A DNA stretch of 64,000 nucleotides from an uncultured Candidatus Peregrinibacteria bacterium (GCA_903854335.1 CAINVY010000003.1:21955-85954); one strand, 5' to 3'; positions 12,009-22,178 are shown, counted from the stretch's first letter. Translations and numbers: made by a program. Notes: a model not told the origin generated them from the sequence alone.

Positions 12009-13124
12009 TCAGAAGAGTCGGAGAATATCGTGGTACGTCACGATAGTGATGAGGAGGAGGATGACGACGAAGCCGATGAGATTCGTGGTCATCTCCAATC
12101 GCTGATCCGCGGGCTTGCGACGAACGGCCTCAAGGAGAACGAAGAAGAGCCGTCCCCCATCGAGCGCGGGAATCGGCAAAATATTGAGGATGGCGATGCT
12201 GAGACTGAGTGTGGCGAGGAGGCGCAGATACGTCATGAAGCCAAGCTGGACGGAACGATGCGTGTACTCCGCGATCCCGATGATGCCGGTGATACCCTCG
12301 GGCACCCGACCCGACGTGAAGAGCGATTGCGCCAGCTGTCCAAGCCCCCACACGGTCTGAACCGTGAGCACCCAACCCTCGCGCAGCGCCAACACCGATC
12401 CGGTTAAAGGCGACCTCAAGGGAGCGGACAAATCGCGCGGATACGCCTGCAGTTCAACGCCGGTGCGTCCGTCAACGAGAGGAATCTGCACACTCACTTC
12501 CGTCTTGAGATCCTTTCCGCTGAGCACCGTGTAGGTCACGGCACTCTTCCCCGCCTGAAGGGGAGCGACGTCCTCCGGACTCGTCACCGCCTTGCCATCC
12601 ACCTTGAGCAACATGCTCGGCGTGGGAAGGTTTACCGCAGCCGCACCCTGCCCCGGCAGAGCCTTATCGATAATGATGCCAGGAATCATGTGCACTTCTC
12701 CGACCTTTGCCGCCGATTCCAAATCGGCATAGGAGAGGTAGGTCGGGATCCAATGCCCCAAGGAAAAACCAAACGTAAAGATGATGAATGCGAAGAGAAA
12801 GTTCATCGCGACTCCGGCAACGAGGATGACAACACGAGATGAAATGGGTGCTGCCATAAAGCTCCCGCGCGCATGGCGCTCCTTCTCCGTCTCGGCATTC
12901 TCCCCCTTCAAACGAACGAATCCTCCGAAGGGAATCCAATTAAGTGAGAATTTCGTCTTCTGCCAGACAAAGAGCTTCTTGGCACGGGGGGGCAATCCGA
13001 AACCAAATTCCTCCACCACCACTCCCGCCTGACGCGCCGCAAAGAAATGACCGCACTCGTGAATGAGGACGAGCACGGAAATCAGAACAAGAAACGCCAG
13101 CGCAGAGATCAAGATGCTGAGCAA
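12009..13124 (-). CDS. rseP: Site-2 protease RseP (M50) with PDZ-like region
   Basis: HECGH, AGVAMN, NILPIPALDGG; start placed at TTG 13124, 7 nt below TAACAT. Confidence 0.9.
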   Translation of the reverse strand: MLSILISALAFLVLISVLVLIHECGHFFAARQAGVVVEEFGFGLPPRAKKLFVWQKTKFSLNWIPFGGFVRLKGENAETEKERHARGSFMAAPISSRVVILVAGVAMNFLFAFIIFTFGFSLGHWIPTYLSYADLESAAKVGEVHMIPGIIIDKALPGQGAAAVNLPTPSMLLKVDGKAVTSPEDVAPLQAGKSAVTYTVLSGKDLKTEVSVQIPLVDGRTGVELQAYPRDLSAPLRSPLTGSVLALREGWVLTVQTVWGLGQLAQSLFTSGRVPEGITGIIGIAEYTHRSVQLGFMTYLRLLATLSLSIAILNILPIPALDGGRLFFVLLEAVRRKPADQRLEMTTNLIGFVVILLLITIVTYHDILRLF

Positions 13125-13131
13125 GGGTGTG

Positions 13132-13170
13132 ATGTTAGCGTGGCGGTGGATAACTAAAAAGTTTTCCACA
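13132..13170 (-). promoter_or_regulatory. rseP-dnaA promoter with two DnaA-box-like sites
   Basis: -10 TAACAT (13132-13137); TTATCCACC (minus, 13145-13153) and TTTTCCACA (plus, 13162-13170), each 8/9 to TTATCCACA. Confidence 0.55.
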
Positions 13171-13263
13171 CGCATAATCTATTGCGCCCCGATGGGAAAA
13201 AGTTCGATTTGCACGGACGTGAAACGTCCACGACTTTTGTCAGAAATCTTTCACCTTCCCCAC

Positions 13264-13908
13264 TCAACCGTGAGCCAAAACCAACCCCTGCACCACCCGG
13301 ACTCCTGCTTTCTTCAAGGTCATCGCACACTCTTCGAGTGTCGCACCGGTGGTCGAAACATCGTCGACGAGAATGACGGATGCAGGAAGCTGTACACCGG
13401 AGTGGACACGGAAACTGCCACGCAGAGCCGCTAGCCGATCCTGTCGCTTCCTCCTCACTTGCGAGCCCGTCGGACACACGCGACGGAGGAGTTCCACCGC
13501 CTTCCATCCCCTCTCCCTCGCGACGAATGCCGCGAGCATCTGCGACTGATTGAACCCCCGCGAAAACTTCCGCGACCAGTGGAGCGGAACCGGGCAGAGG
13601 ACGGGCTCGTCCTTCGTATCGAGCAATGTCGATGCGCCGATCAGCACCGCCGCAAGCTCCTCCCCCATTGCGCGAATGCGACGATACTTAAACGTTGCGA
13701 TGGCGCGACGCAGCAGCGGGCTCTCGCGGTAATTCGTCCCCGCGACGATACGATCGAGAAAACGCAATCCGAGCTGTCGCAGCACCTGTGTGTCCAGGAT
13801 CTCCGGTTGTGATACGAGCCCAAGCCGCTCCGAGGCGGTCATCCATTCCCCCTCCGTGCCTCTCAAAGACCGCCTGGGGAAAAGATAGTCGAGAAGTGCA
13901 TTCCACAT
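13264..13908 (-). CDS. comF: ComF family phosphoribosyltransferase
   Basis: PVPLH..RGFNQS, ILVDDVSTTGATL. Confidence 0.9.
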   Translation of the reverse strand: MWNALLDYLFPRRSLRGTEGEWMTASERLGLVSQPEILDTQVLRQLGLRFLDRIVAGTNYRESPLLRRAIATFKYRRIRAMGEELAAVLIGASTLLDTKDEPVLCPVPLHWSRKFSRGFNQSQMLAAFVARERGWKAVELLRRVCPTGSQVRRKRQDRLAALRGSFRVHSGVQLPASVILVDDVSTTGATLEECAMTLKKAGVRVVQGLVLAHG

Positions 13909-14103
13909 GAGTACAGTCTACCGCTTCCCAAGAACAGGCAGAGTTGATAAACTCTCGCGGCTTTCGGGCAATGAGCTTCCGACTTCGCTCCACATTGCGG
14001 AGCTACGCCGGACAGGCAGCTGGAAGTGCAGTCGCTTAGCGAATGCACAGAATAGCCGCCACTGTGGCGCGTTGCCCCTCGCTCCTTCAACCCCCAATAA
14101 CCC

Positions 14104-14180
14104 GGGCAATTAGCTCAGCTGGCTAGAGCGCCACATTGACATTGTGGAGGTCACTGGTTCAAGTCCAGTATTGCCCACCA
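14104..14180 (+). tRNA. tRNA-Val(GAC), integration target of element 1
   Basis: GGGCAAT...ATTGCCC-ACCA, anticodon loop TTGACAT. Confidence 0.95.
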
Positions 14181-15847
14181 GATCTCTTCTTCTTTCCGAA
14201 GACATCCTCAATATCCTCTTTGGTTAGCCCCTTTGTGGTTCTACCCTTTTTCGGTAGGCTCGCGAACTTCTCAGGTACAAATCGGAAATAATACTGCACG
14301 GTGATATCCCACTTCGTTCGCTTCCCACCTGTTTCCCTTGGAGTTCGATCGAGTTCGACGCGGTCAATAAACAGATCAATCAGAATCTTCTTCTGTTTTC
14401 GACCTAGCTTGTCCAAATTGTATTTCACCGTCTTCGCTGCGCTCCTCAGTCCTTCGATCTCCTGTTCTTGTAGACCTGCCACTAGAAGCTCCTTCCCGAT
14501 ATCCTCGATTCGCCCTTCGATACGGTCAACCTCCTGCTGAACCGCCGCAGTCTTCTCGCTCGCCCTCTCGGCTCCATAAACACCATTGTCATATCCTTCC
14601 TCAATACGCTCCATTTTCAACTCCAGATTTGCCTTCTTTTCTCTCAATTTCAGCAATTCCTCATCCATATCCTCCAAGCGGCTTTTTCCGTAGCGCTCAT
14701 AATTGAAATACTCGCGGATGAACACTTCCGGATTCTTCAACGCCAATTTCACCCGCCCCCATGCAGCTTCTTCAAGAGGTTCGGTTGGAACCTCGAAAAC
14801 GGGATACTGCTTTCCATCCTTCTCAAACTGCTTCCTTCGGTAACTCCTCCCCCCCTTCATGCGGGGCTTGCCGGAGAACTTGGGGTGATGTGGCAAGGAA
14901 ACATCATAGATCTTCCCTGAGAGCAGATACGTATGATCCGTCGCTGTCTTTGCCTTTCGGGTAGTGCGCTTCTCCTGAGCCAGATTCCATGTCATTTCCG
15001 TGATGCAGGGAGGTATGGCAACGATCGTCCATTCCTCTTCCGGCAACGCGTTTCCTTCCTCATCTTTCGTTACCGCCGCAAACTCTCCTCGATAAAGAGA
15101 GTTTTGGATCATGTCTTCAATATGATGCACCGTCCATTTCCCTGCCCCCTTGCGTTTGTAGTACGCACTCTGTGGTACCCCCATATCGTTGAGCCGTGTC
15201 GCGATCTGTCCATATCCCATGTCCTCATATACGTACCAATGAAAGATCTTCTGAACCCGCTCCCTCTCTTTTGGGATGATCTCTAACTGCGTCCCTTTCC
15301 CGGAAGGATTCTTGATAGGCTTATACCCGTAAGGGATGCGCGTGCCGGTGTAGTTGCCCATCTCTGCGGATGCCACAATTCCCGAACGTGTTCGGCTCTT
15401 GATGAGTTCTCGCTCAAATTGAGCAATGGCACCGAAAATCTGAAAAATGAGATTCCCAATGGCTCCATTGAAGTTGATATTCTCCTGGAGAGATATGAAG
15501 CTGCATCCCGCCTTCTGCATACGCTCGAAAACCTCCAGCAAGTGCTTCAAGCTGCGCGAGAGACGGTCAATCTTCCACACGAGTACCGCGTCGAACTTCT
15601 TCTCGTCTACGGCCTTCAAAAGTTTTTGCAAACCAGCCCTCTCAACCTCCGATCCCGTGTGCACGTCCTCAAAGATCCACTCCTGTTTTGTCTCAAGATT
15701 GAGGGCTTTGTTTTGCTCCACATACTCTAAAAGGCGCTTCCGCTGCGATTCCAGACCATAACCGTCCATTTTCTGTTCCTGAGTAGAAACACGAATGTAA
15801 ATGGCAACGCGCCGCTTCCTAGCCATGTCTTGTGATTGAATCTCCAT
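14159..15847 (-). CDS. Large serine recombinase (integrase) 1
   Basis: VAIYIRVST catalytic Ser, VWKIDRLSRS, AQFERELIKSR, IPYGY, coiled coil; stop codon lies in the tRNA-Val T-loop. Confidence 0.95.
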   Translation of the reverse strand: MEIQSQDMARKRRVAIYIRVSTQEQKMDGYGLESQRKRLLEYVEQNKALNLETKQEWIFEDVHTGSEVERAGLQKLLKAVDEKKFDAVLVWKIDRLSRSLKHLLEVFERMQKAGCSFISLQENINFNGAIGNLIFQIFGAIAQFERELIKSRTRSGIVASAEMGNYTGTRIPYGYKPIKNPSGKGTQLEIIPKERERVQKIFHWYVYEDMGYGQIATRLNDMGVPQSAYYKRKGAGKWTVHHIEDMIQNSLYRGEFAAVTKDEEGNALPEEEWTIVAIPPCITEMTWNLAQEKRTTRKAKTATDHTYLLSGKIYDVSLPHHPKFSGKPRMKGGRSYRRKQFEKDGKQYPVFEVPTEPLEEAAWGRVKLALKNPEVFIREYFNYERYGKSRLEDMDEELLKLREKKANLELKMERIEEGYDNGVYGAERASEKTAAVQQEVDRIEGRIEDIGKELLVAGLQEQEIEGLRSAAKTVKYNLDKLGRKQKKILIDLFIDRVELDRTPRETGGKRTKWDITVQYYFRFVPEKFASLPKKGRTTKGLTKEDIEDVFGKKKRSGGQYWT

Positions 15848-16386
15848 GACTAGATTCTACCCTTCGTACATGAGTAATCCAATTAGGCATGTTATGCCTT
15901 TGTTTTCTTCAATCCATTGAATAAACCTACATATTGCATTGCCTGCGCAATCTCAAAAAGATACCCTTTAGGATTCTCCTCTGGGTAGAGATATTCAAAA
16001 CGAAATATGTTTCCGTGCGAGGTCGTATATGATCCCCCATTTTGCTCATCGAAGGCTTCTTCTTTGGCGAACCCCTTGTTGCGCTGATCGTGAGTCTTCT
16101 GGATAACAGAAGCTCCGTTCCGACGCCGAGGATGAAGCAGCCTGCTTGAAATCCCCTATTATAGAGCGGAACTTGCATTTTATGTAAATAGTGTCCCCAG
16201 TGTACTCTGAGGATAGAGGAGCACTGTTTTTTGCTGTGCGTAGAACAAAAAGTCGAAATGAAGAACGTGTTGACGGAGATGCCTTCTGACTTGGATCATT
16301 TTTTCATAAAAATGAAAAGGACGAAAAGTAACATGCCAAATACGATCGACAACGCCGCCGCGCCTGCGATCAAAGTTGAAACAAGA

Positions 16387-16597
16387 ACCGCTGACCTTTC
16401 GTTTCGGAGAAAGGGCGGTATGCTTTCCTCGATCCCATCGTTGTAGGCGTATTCGCTTACGACCCGGCTTACCCGCAAATCAGAGCAAAAAGGGGCATCC
16501 TGCCTCTGGTCATCGCTCTGATAGGCGGGAAACCGCTTACAACGATGGGATCGCCATGCGGGGTGTCCCTTCTTGTGCGATTTCTTCTCTCATCGTT
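16387..16597 (+). ncRNA. Candidate structured leader/antisense RNA
   Basis: Several hairpins, a 14-bp closing stem and a competing 20-bp inverted repeat (16430-16449 / 16534-16553). Confidence 0.5.
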
Positions 16598-17578
16598 ATG
16601 AAAAATATGCGATTCCTCTCATGGATACTGATCCCAACATTCTGCTTTTCTATCTTTGAGGCAACTGCCGCGCAGCCGCAAAATATGACCAAACTGACGC
16701 CTCAACAGAGAGTTGCCCTTCGTAAGTCCTTGCGACTACAAAGGCACTCAGGCTCACCTGTAACTCAACAATCATCGGCATCCTCCGTTTCCAGTTCTTC
16801 ATCGTCTTCGGTGCAGTCCATGTTTCTTCCCTACTGTAAGAAATCAAGTGATGCACAGTGGAACTGCAACGATTGGTCTGCGTGTTCTTATCACGAAGGT
16901 GATGAACTAGCATGGCCTCCCACACAACCGACATGGACGCAGACTGGCTACTGCTATCCCGCCGACGGCAGCACATGTCGTGGTCGCATTAGCCCCAATG
17001 TCCGAAACTGCACGCCAACTACCGATGAACAACAAGCTCAAGATGCTCAGCAGCAACAACAGACACAGCAATACAATCAACAACAAGCAGCGCAGCAACT
17101 GCAACAGTTACAGCTCGATACACAGCACAATTACAAGACCATGACAGACAATCTCACGAAGATGAACAGCCAGCTTCCTTCGTTCGAGGGGGCAACTTCA
17201 TTGGAGCTATTTTCCGTTGTCAACAAGTACACGGATGAAGTATCGAAAATGAAAGTGTACGTCGATGCCATCTACCAGTTGCAACTGTCAGACCAACCTG
17301 CGATCAACAGCATCGTCGATGCTACCAATACACTCGTCGATCAGTTCAATACCATTGCCGGATCCGCAGCCGATCTCCAATTACAACAAGTCCAGGAAGA
17401 GAATCAGCAACTAGAGCAGCAGCAACCGCAACAGCAGCAATCGCAAATTGACCAGCAGCTACAGGCGCAGAAGCACAAGCAGGATTGCGCCAACCTACGA
17501 ACATTTCTTTTCGCTCGTTATGGTGCCTTTGGATCGTCAGAAACAATGGATCGTTACCACCAGGCTGGTTGTCCATAG
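16598..17578 (+). CDS. Secreted protein with Cys-rich TSP1-like motif and Gln-rich coiled coil
   Basis: Signal peptide from ATG 16598; WNCNDWSAC..TQTGYC..RNC; poly-Q tracts. Confidence 0.7.
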   Translation: MKNMRFLSWILIPTFCFSIFEATAAQPQNMTKLTPQQRVALRKSLRLQRHSGSPVTQQSSASSVSSSSSSSVQSMFLPYCKKSSDAQWNCNDWSACSYHEGDELAWPPTQPTWTQTGYCYPADGSTCRGRISPNVRNCTPTTDEQQAQDAQQQQQTQQYNQQQAAQQLQQLQLDTQHNYKTMTDNLTKMNSQLPSFEGATSLELFSVVNKYTDEVSKMKVYVDAIYQLQLSDQPAINSIVDATNTLVDQFNTIAGSAADLQLQQVQEENQQLEQQQPQQQQSQIDQQLQAQKHKQDCANLRTFLFARYGAFGSSETMDRYHQAGCP

Positions 17579-17605
17579 GGATGTCTCAACTCCGATCTCG
17601 GCACT

Positions 17606-19198
17606 ATGCTATCTGGACAAAACCAAAGGCTGAGACCGAGCGACATTCGTCAGATGTTGGAAGAAATACAGCGACGATTGCCCGAGAGACCCACGGCAGT
17701 CGATGAGCCTTTCGTCGTACCGGAACGTTTGATGAAATCATCATGGGTCAGTTCCTCCAATATCTCGTTGCCATCGAAATCGCTACAAGAAATCGCGAAC
17801 CTCATGGCTGCATATCTTGGAATCATCACGCCGGTAGAGGTTAGATACGTGAACACATCCTTCGGAACAGCAGGAACATATCGCGTCTTGGGTCACTCGT
17901 ACCGAGTCATAGAAGTGGCAGCAACGAACTCGGATTTCAATGTCGATCAGATCCTCGCAACACTCGCGCACGAATCGACTCACCACTACCTTCATGAGCA
18001 CAAAGTACAAGTTACTGAGATCATGACGGATCTCACCGCTGTGTATCTCGGATTCGGTGAACTGTTGTATCGAGGTTACAAGACAGTTGAGCGGTACAGA
18101 TCACGAACGAAGGTGGGCTACATTCAATGGCAAGATGTCAAACTCGCAGTACAGATGGCGGTGGAAATGAGGGGATGGAATATCCCTTTGCGACCATGCC
18201 CATTCTGCAAGAGTCACATTCGCCATAACATAGAGCAGTGTCCTCACTGTCATCGTATTCTACGAGAACATGTAGAGCGGAAGGAAACGGTACCGCAAGC
18301 ACCGCCGCATCGACAGAAGCGCCGACACATCACGTTCCTGAAAGACAACTTTGCGTACTGGTTATCGAAAATATGGGATCATTTTTTATACATCGAACTT
18401 GCGGCAATGGGGCTGCTCGTTCTCCTCGGTTTGTATTTGGCTCACAACCAGTCACTTCGCCAATCCTCCGATGTTCCTCTTCCTGTGGTCACGGAAGCCG
18501 TGAAGCAAAGTGAAGATGGGTTCGGTTCTCAGCCAAGAGAATATGGAAACATATTTCAGTCCGTTGGCTCTGCTCTCGCAAGCAATGTGCAGAGCGTCGC
18601 GACATTTCAGGGTACGAAACTCGACTACTTGGGAAGAACCGTAAACGAATACAAATACGACAATGCGGATCTGGACATAGCTCTGTTCCAACAAAAATGG
18701 GATGCACTCAAGAGCGAATACGACCTGCTCCGAGTAGACCTTGAGAATGGGAATGTGCAGGATCGAACGAATGTCCTCAACTCCTTCAAGACCGATCTCT
18801 TCTTTTGCGCCAACGAACTTTGGGACAGAGCCTATGAAAACGACCAGATCGAAACGATCTCACAATTACAAACGGATCTCTCCACAATCATCCATAGCCC
18901 TCCTTTCGCTCGGTATTTGCAGGAATCACAGCTCTCACAACCCGCTTTCGATGTGCTCAGTGGCATGACTGATTCCATTGGATTCCTGAGAACAAAGTAT
19001 TCCCTGAATCTTCTGGAACGTAATTTACAAACGTGCCGCTCCAATCCAGATTGTTCCGATGAGAAGCAACTCGTGGATCATTTCAATCAGCTCCTGCCTG
19101 ACTACAACTCGAACATCAACGATGCTTCTACGATGTTCTCCCAGTTCATGAAATTGGTGGATGTGTATCTCCTCTTCCCCGGGCAAAATACTCTTTAG
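17606..19198 (+). CDS. Membrane protein with HEXXH metallopeptidase domain and Zn ribbon
   Basis: LAHESTHH..E..TD..AVYLGFG; CPFC..CPHC; single TM; helical C-terminal domain. Confidence 0.75.
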   Translation: MLSGQNQRLRPSDIRQMLEEIQRRLPERPTAVDEPFVVPERLMKSSWVSSSNISLPSKSLQEIANLMAAYLGIITPVEVRYVNTSFGTAGTYRVLGHSYRVIEVAATNSDFNVDQILATLAHESTHHYLHEHKVQVTEIMTDLTAVYLGFGELLYRGYKTVERYRSRTKVGYIQWQDVKLAVQMAVEMRGWNIPLRPCPFCKSHIRHNIEQCPHCHRILREHVERKETVPQAPPHRQKRRHITFLKDNFAYWLSKIWDHFLYIELAAMGLLVLLGLYLAHNQSLRQSSDVPLPVVTEAVKQSEDGFGSQPREYGNIFQSVGSALASNVQSVATFQGTKLDYLGRTVNEYKYDNADLDIALFQQKWDALKSEYDLLRVDLENGNVQDRTNVLNSFKTDLFFCANELWDRAYENDQIETISQLQTDLSTIIHSPPFARYLQESQLSQPAFDVLSGMTDSIGFLRTKYSLNLLERNLQTCRSNPDCSDEKQLVDHFNQLLPDYNSNINDASTMFSQFMKLVDVYLLFPGQNTL

Positions 19199-19478
19199 AC
19201 AACGAACGAACCGGATGTTCGCTTGAATAGCAACAACTCACTGGCCGGACAGTGACTTTCTCATCGCCAATCCAACGACTTGACCGAACTAGGACTATAG
19301 AAATCAACTACCAAACGGCCAGCAGAAGGCAAATGCTCCACGCAATCCTGCCTTTCAAATTAGCACTCATCAACTACCGAGATGCTCTTCTGAGAATGAA
19401 AGACATGCTCGAATGTAAAGCGGAGATGGATTCGCAGAAAAGTTTGCAGATGTCGTTGTTCGAGTGATAGTGTGAGGC

Positions 19479-20243
19479 ATGAAAGCCAACTCACTCACCC
19501 CTCGTCTCCGCGACGCGCTAGCAATGGCGACGCGGGTTCATGCTGACATGAAACGAAAGGTTGATGGGCAACCGTATATCGTCCATCCTCTCGCGGTCTT
19601 CAAATGGCTCCAGGAGCGGGACGCAGATGAGGACACACAGATCGCAGGCCTCCTGCACGACGTGCTGGAAGACGCACCGTCAGAGAAGAGAGAGACATAC
19701 CGTAAGGAAATCGAGGAAACGTTCGGCTCCGGCGTTCTTGCGCTTGTGGAGAGCGTTACAGAGGAGGACAAGAGTCTTTCGTGGCGGGAACGGAAGGAGC
19801 GCTATCTTGAACGCCTCAAGGGCGCTGAACGCCCGTCTCTCCTTATCGCGTGCGCCGATCTCATTCACAACACCCAGAGCCTCCAGACGAGCCTTGCGAC
19901 GGAAGGAGAAGCCGTCTGGAGCAAGCTGAACGCGCCGAAGCAACAGCAACTCTGGGTCATTGTCCAGACTATGGAATTGCTAACCGAGAAGTTGGGAGGA
20001 AGGTACACACTTCCACTCCGTCCGTGTATTCCTGCTATCTCGATGCACCCTCCACGAACAGAGTGCCTCTGGTTCAATTATGACGACCCCTGGGACGGCA
20101 CAGAAGTGACATGTCCGGTGTGCGAATGGAAAGGCGTCGTCCGGGACGGAGACATGTCCACCTACGACACGCTGCTCGATTTCTCCTGCCCCGTCTGTGA
20201 GGAGATCCTTGTTATCGTGCGATTCCCTAATCGAGAGGTATGA
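19479..20243 (+). CDS. RelA/SpoT-type HD hydrolase (Mesh1/SAH-like) with C-terminal Zn finger
   Basis: H..RK..G.PYIVHP, AGLLHDVLED, ADLIHN; CPVC..CPVC. Confidence 0.85.
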   Translation: MKANSLTPRLRDALAMATRVHADMKRKVDGQPYIVHPLAVFKWLQERDADEDTQIAGLLHDVLEDAPSEKRETYRKEIEETFGSGVLALVESVTEEDKSLSWRERKERYLERLKGAERPSLLIACADLIHNTQSLQTSLATEGEAVWSKLNAPKQQQLWVIVQTMELLTEKLGGRYTLPLRPCIPAISMHPPRTECLWFNYDDPWDGTEVTCPVCEWKGVVRDGDMSTYDTLLDFSCPVCEEILVIVRFPNREV

Positions 20244-20250
20244 TTCCATC

Positions 20251-20586
20251 ATGCAAAATACTGACGACCAAGTTTCGGTATCGAGAGAGGGAAACAATAT
20301 TTTCATTCGCATTGACGAAACAATTACCCTTCACGAGATGGTTGGTATGAAGAAAGTTGATCCCCATCGAAAGGGACGCAAGAAGGTATTGCAAGAACAG
20401 AAGATTGGTGACGACTTTCACCGTAAATCAAAATCTTGGCGAAAACTTGAACGTGTCATCGACCGAGAGAATAACAGGTACAAGGAAACGGTGACCGACT
20501 CCTCAGGAAAGGTCCTACTTTCCTGCGACGAGCCTCTCAGCGAACACAGAGAGCATGGTAATGCGAAGAATATACATTCTCAGTAA
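20251..20586 (+). CDS. Hypothetical basic protein
   Basis: ATG 7 nt after the HD gene stop; ends EPLSEHREHGNAK. Confidence 0.65.
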   Translation: MQNTDDQVSVSREGNNIFIRIDETITLHEMVGMKKVDPHRKGRKKVLQEQKIGDDFHRKSKSWRKLERVIDRENNRYKETVTDSSGKVLLSCDEPLSEHREHGNAKNIHSQ

Positions 20587-20678
20587 GAGGATCATTTCCA
20601 CGAGGTCGTTGTTCCAATTCGGTTCTGGGTGTAATTTGACAACTGCCTTTGGCACTATACTTTCTTACGGGCTGGCAC

Positions 20679-22145
20679 ATGATTGGACAAACAATCAAAG
20701 GTGAACGTGGCCTCACGGTAACCATTGAACGAGAGATCGGTAACGGTAGCTTCGGCACAGTCTTTCTTGCTGAGGGAAAGGACAAACAGAACTACGCCGT
20801 AAAAGTCATTGCACCCGTAACAGACAATGCGGTGCGGCTATCTTTCCGTAAGGAGATTGAAAGTACCTTCGGATTGAAACACGAGAATCTCCTCATTCCT
20901 CTCGATGTTGGAGTTTGCTCAGTTGGATCAAATGAGGGACTCTTCATGATCAGCGAGTATTGCGCCGGAGGAGATTTCCGCGCAGAAGTGTCGAGCTACG
21001 CTGTGGCACCACCAGCCACGGAGATAATTTCAGGAAAGTTCATGCAGATTCTTTCCGGTCTTTCAGCGCTGCATACGCGAGCGATACACAGAGACATCAA
21101 ACCAGAGAACGTGCTAATCAGCGGAGGAGGAATCTTGAAACTATGCGATTGTGGGCTAGCAAAGTTTGTGGACGAGGCCACTAGAACGCTAACGTTCAAG
21201 GGAGGGGGCACGCGCGATTACATGGCACCCGAGGTATGGAAGGTGGAATCCGTGAGCCCTGCAACTGATCTATATGCAGTAGGGGTTATGATCTTCGAGG
21301 CCTTCACGGGACAAAGACCTTTCCCTACGTCAGATGTCACCCTTCTTCGTGAGATGCACATCAGTAAGACTGCGCCGAGAGCCCGTAACCTCAATGCGAA
21401 GGTGCCGATGCACATTGATGGAGTAATTGCCAAACTGCTCTTGAAGAACCCACGAGACCGCTTTCAGACCGCTCAAGAAGTCATGGATGCTATGCGCGAG
21501 CCTCCTCCTGCGACTACTCAGGCCTCCTCCCTTGCTGAGCGGATGCGCCGCCATAAAGATGCAGAAGAGCAAAAACGCACGGAACGTGAACGTGCTACGG
21601 AAGAGCGGCAAAGAGAAGAGGCTCGTAGCGTCGATCATGAGCAAGGAGTAATCAATCTCATTGATGGTGTGGTTGAGCAGGTCAACGCGCAATCACCAGA
21701 CGTTCGCATCACGAAGCAGGTTTCCCATGGAGGAGGTGCAATCTATGGTTTTGGCAATCGCTCGCTACACGTCGAGTTTTTTGCCAAGGGCGCAATGTTG
21801 AAGCCAGACCCACGAGCGCCTGGGCTTGCCGAGGAATTGAAGAAGCGCCACGTCACGCACGGTGGGAACCTGAGCATTGTGGAGAATGGCGAATTACGGG
21901 AAGGATGGAACATAGCTCTCATAACGCCTCCTGATACACCTGCCGAGTGGAAGATCGTTGAGACCCGTATGTCTCCATTTACTGGCCGAAGGTATAACTA
22001 CGAACCTACACCAACAGATGCCCCCACGTTCGCAAAGAACCTCGCCTATCACTTTATGAAATCGATGCACACCCATAACTTGAAAGACCAACCTCTGACA
22101 AGAGAAGAAGTAGAAATGGTGCTGACTCACCTGATTCCTGAATAA
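20679..22145 (+). CDS. Hanks-type Ser/Thr protein kinase with coiled coil and unknown C-terminal domain
   Basis: GNGSFG, AVK, HRDIKPEN, DCG (at the DFG position), YMAPE, DLYAVG. Confidence 0.92.
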   Translation: MIGQTIKGERGLTVTIEREIGNGSFGTVFLAEGKDKQNYAVKVIAPVTDNAVRLSFRKEIESTFGLKHENLLIPLDVGVCSVGSNEGLFMISEYCAGGDFRAEVSSYAVAPPATEIISGKFMQILSGLSALHTRAIHRDIKPENVLISGGGILKLCDCGLAKFVDEATRTLTFKGGGTRDYMAPEVWKVESVSPATDLYAVGVMIFEAFTGQRPFPTSDVTLLREMHISKTAPRARNLNAKVPMHIDGVIAKLLLKNPRDRFQTAQEVMDAMREPPPATTQASSLAERMRRHKDAEEQKRTERERATEERQREEARSVDHEQGVINLIDGVVEQVNAQSPDVRITKQVSHGGGAIYGFGNRSLHVEFFAKGAMLKPDPRAPGLAEELKKRHVTHGGNLSIVENGELREGWNIALITPPDTPAEWKIVETRMSPFTGRRYNYEPTPTDAPTFAKNLAYHFMKSMHTHNLKDQPLTREEVEMVLTHLIPE

Positions 22146-22178
22146 GTACGATTCAGCGAGTGGCTCTATGAAGATGGT

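Noticed and set aside
15892-16155. Open minus-strand frame of about 87 codons upstream of int1 (possible RDF or regulator remnant)
   Set aside because: No canonical start near its 5' end and no recognisable motif; cannot be supported without a search.
16515-16545. CTGATAG...GAAAC resembling a hammerhead ribozyme core
   Set aside because: GAAA is the tetraloop of the stem rather than following stem II, and CUGANGA is not matched.
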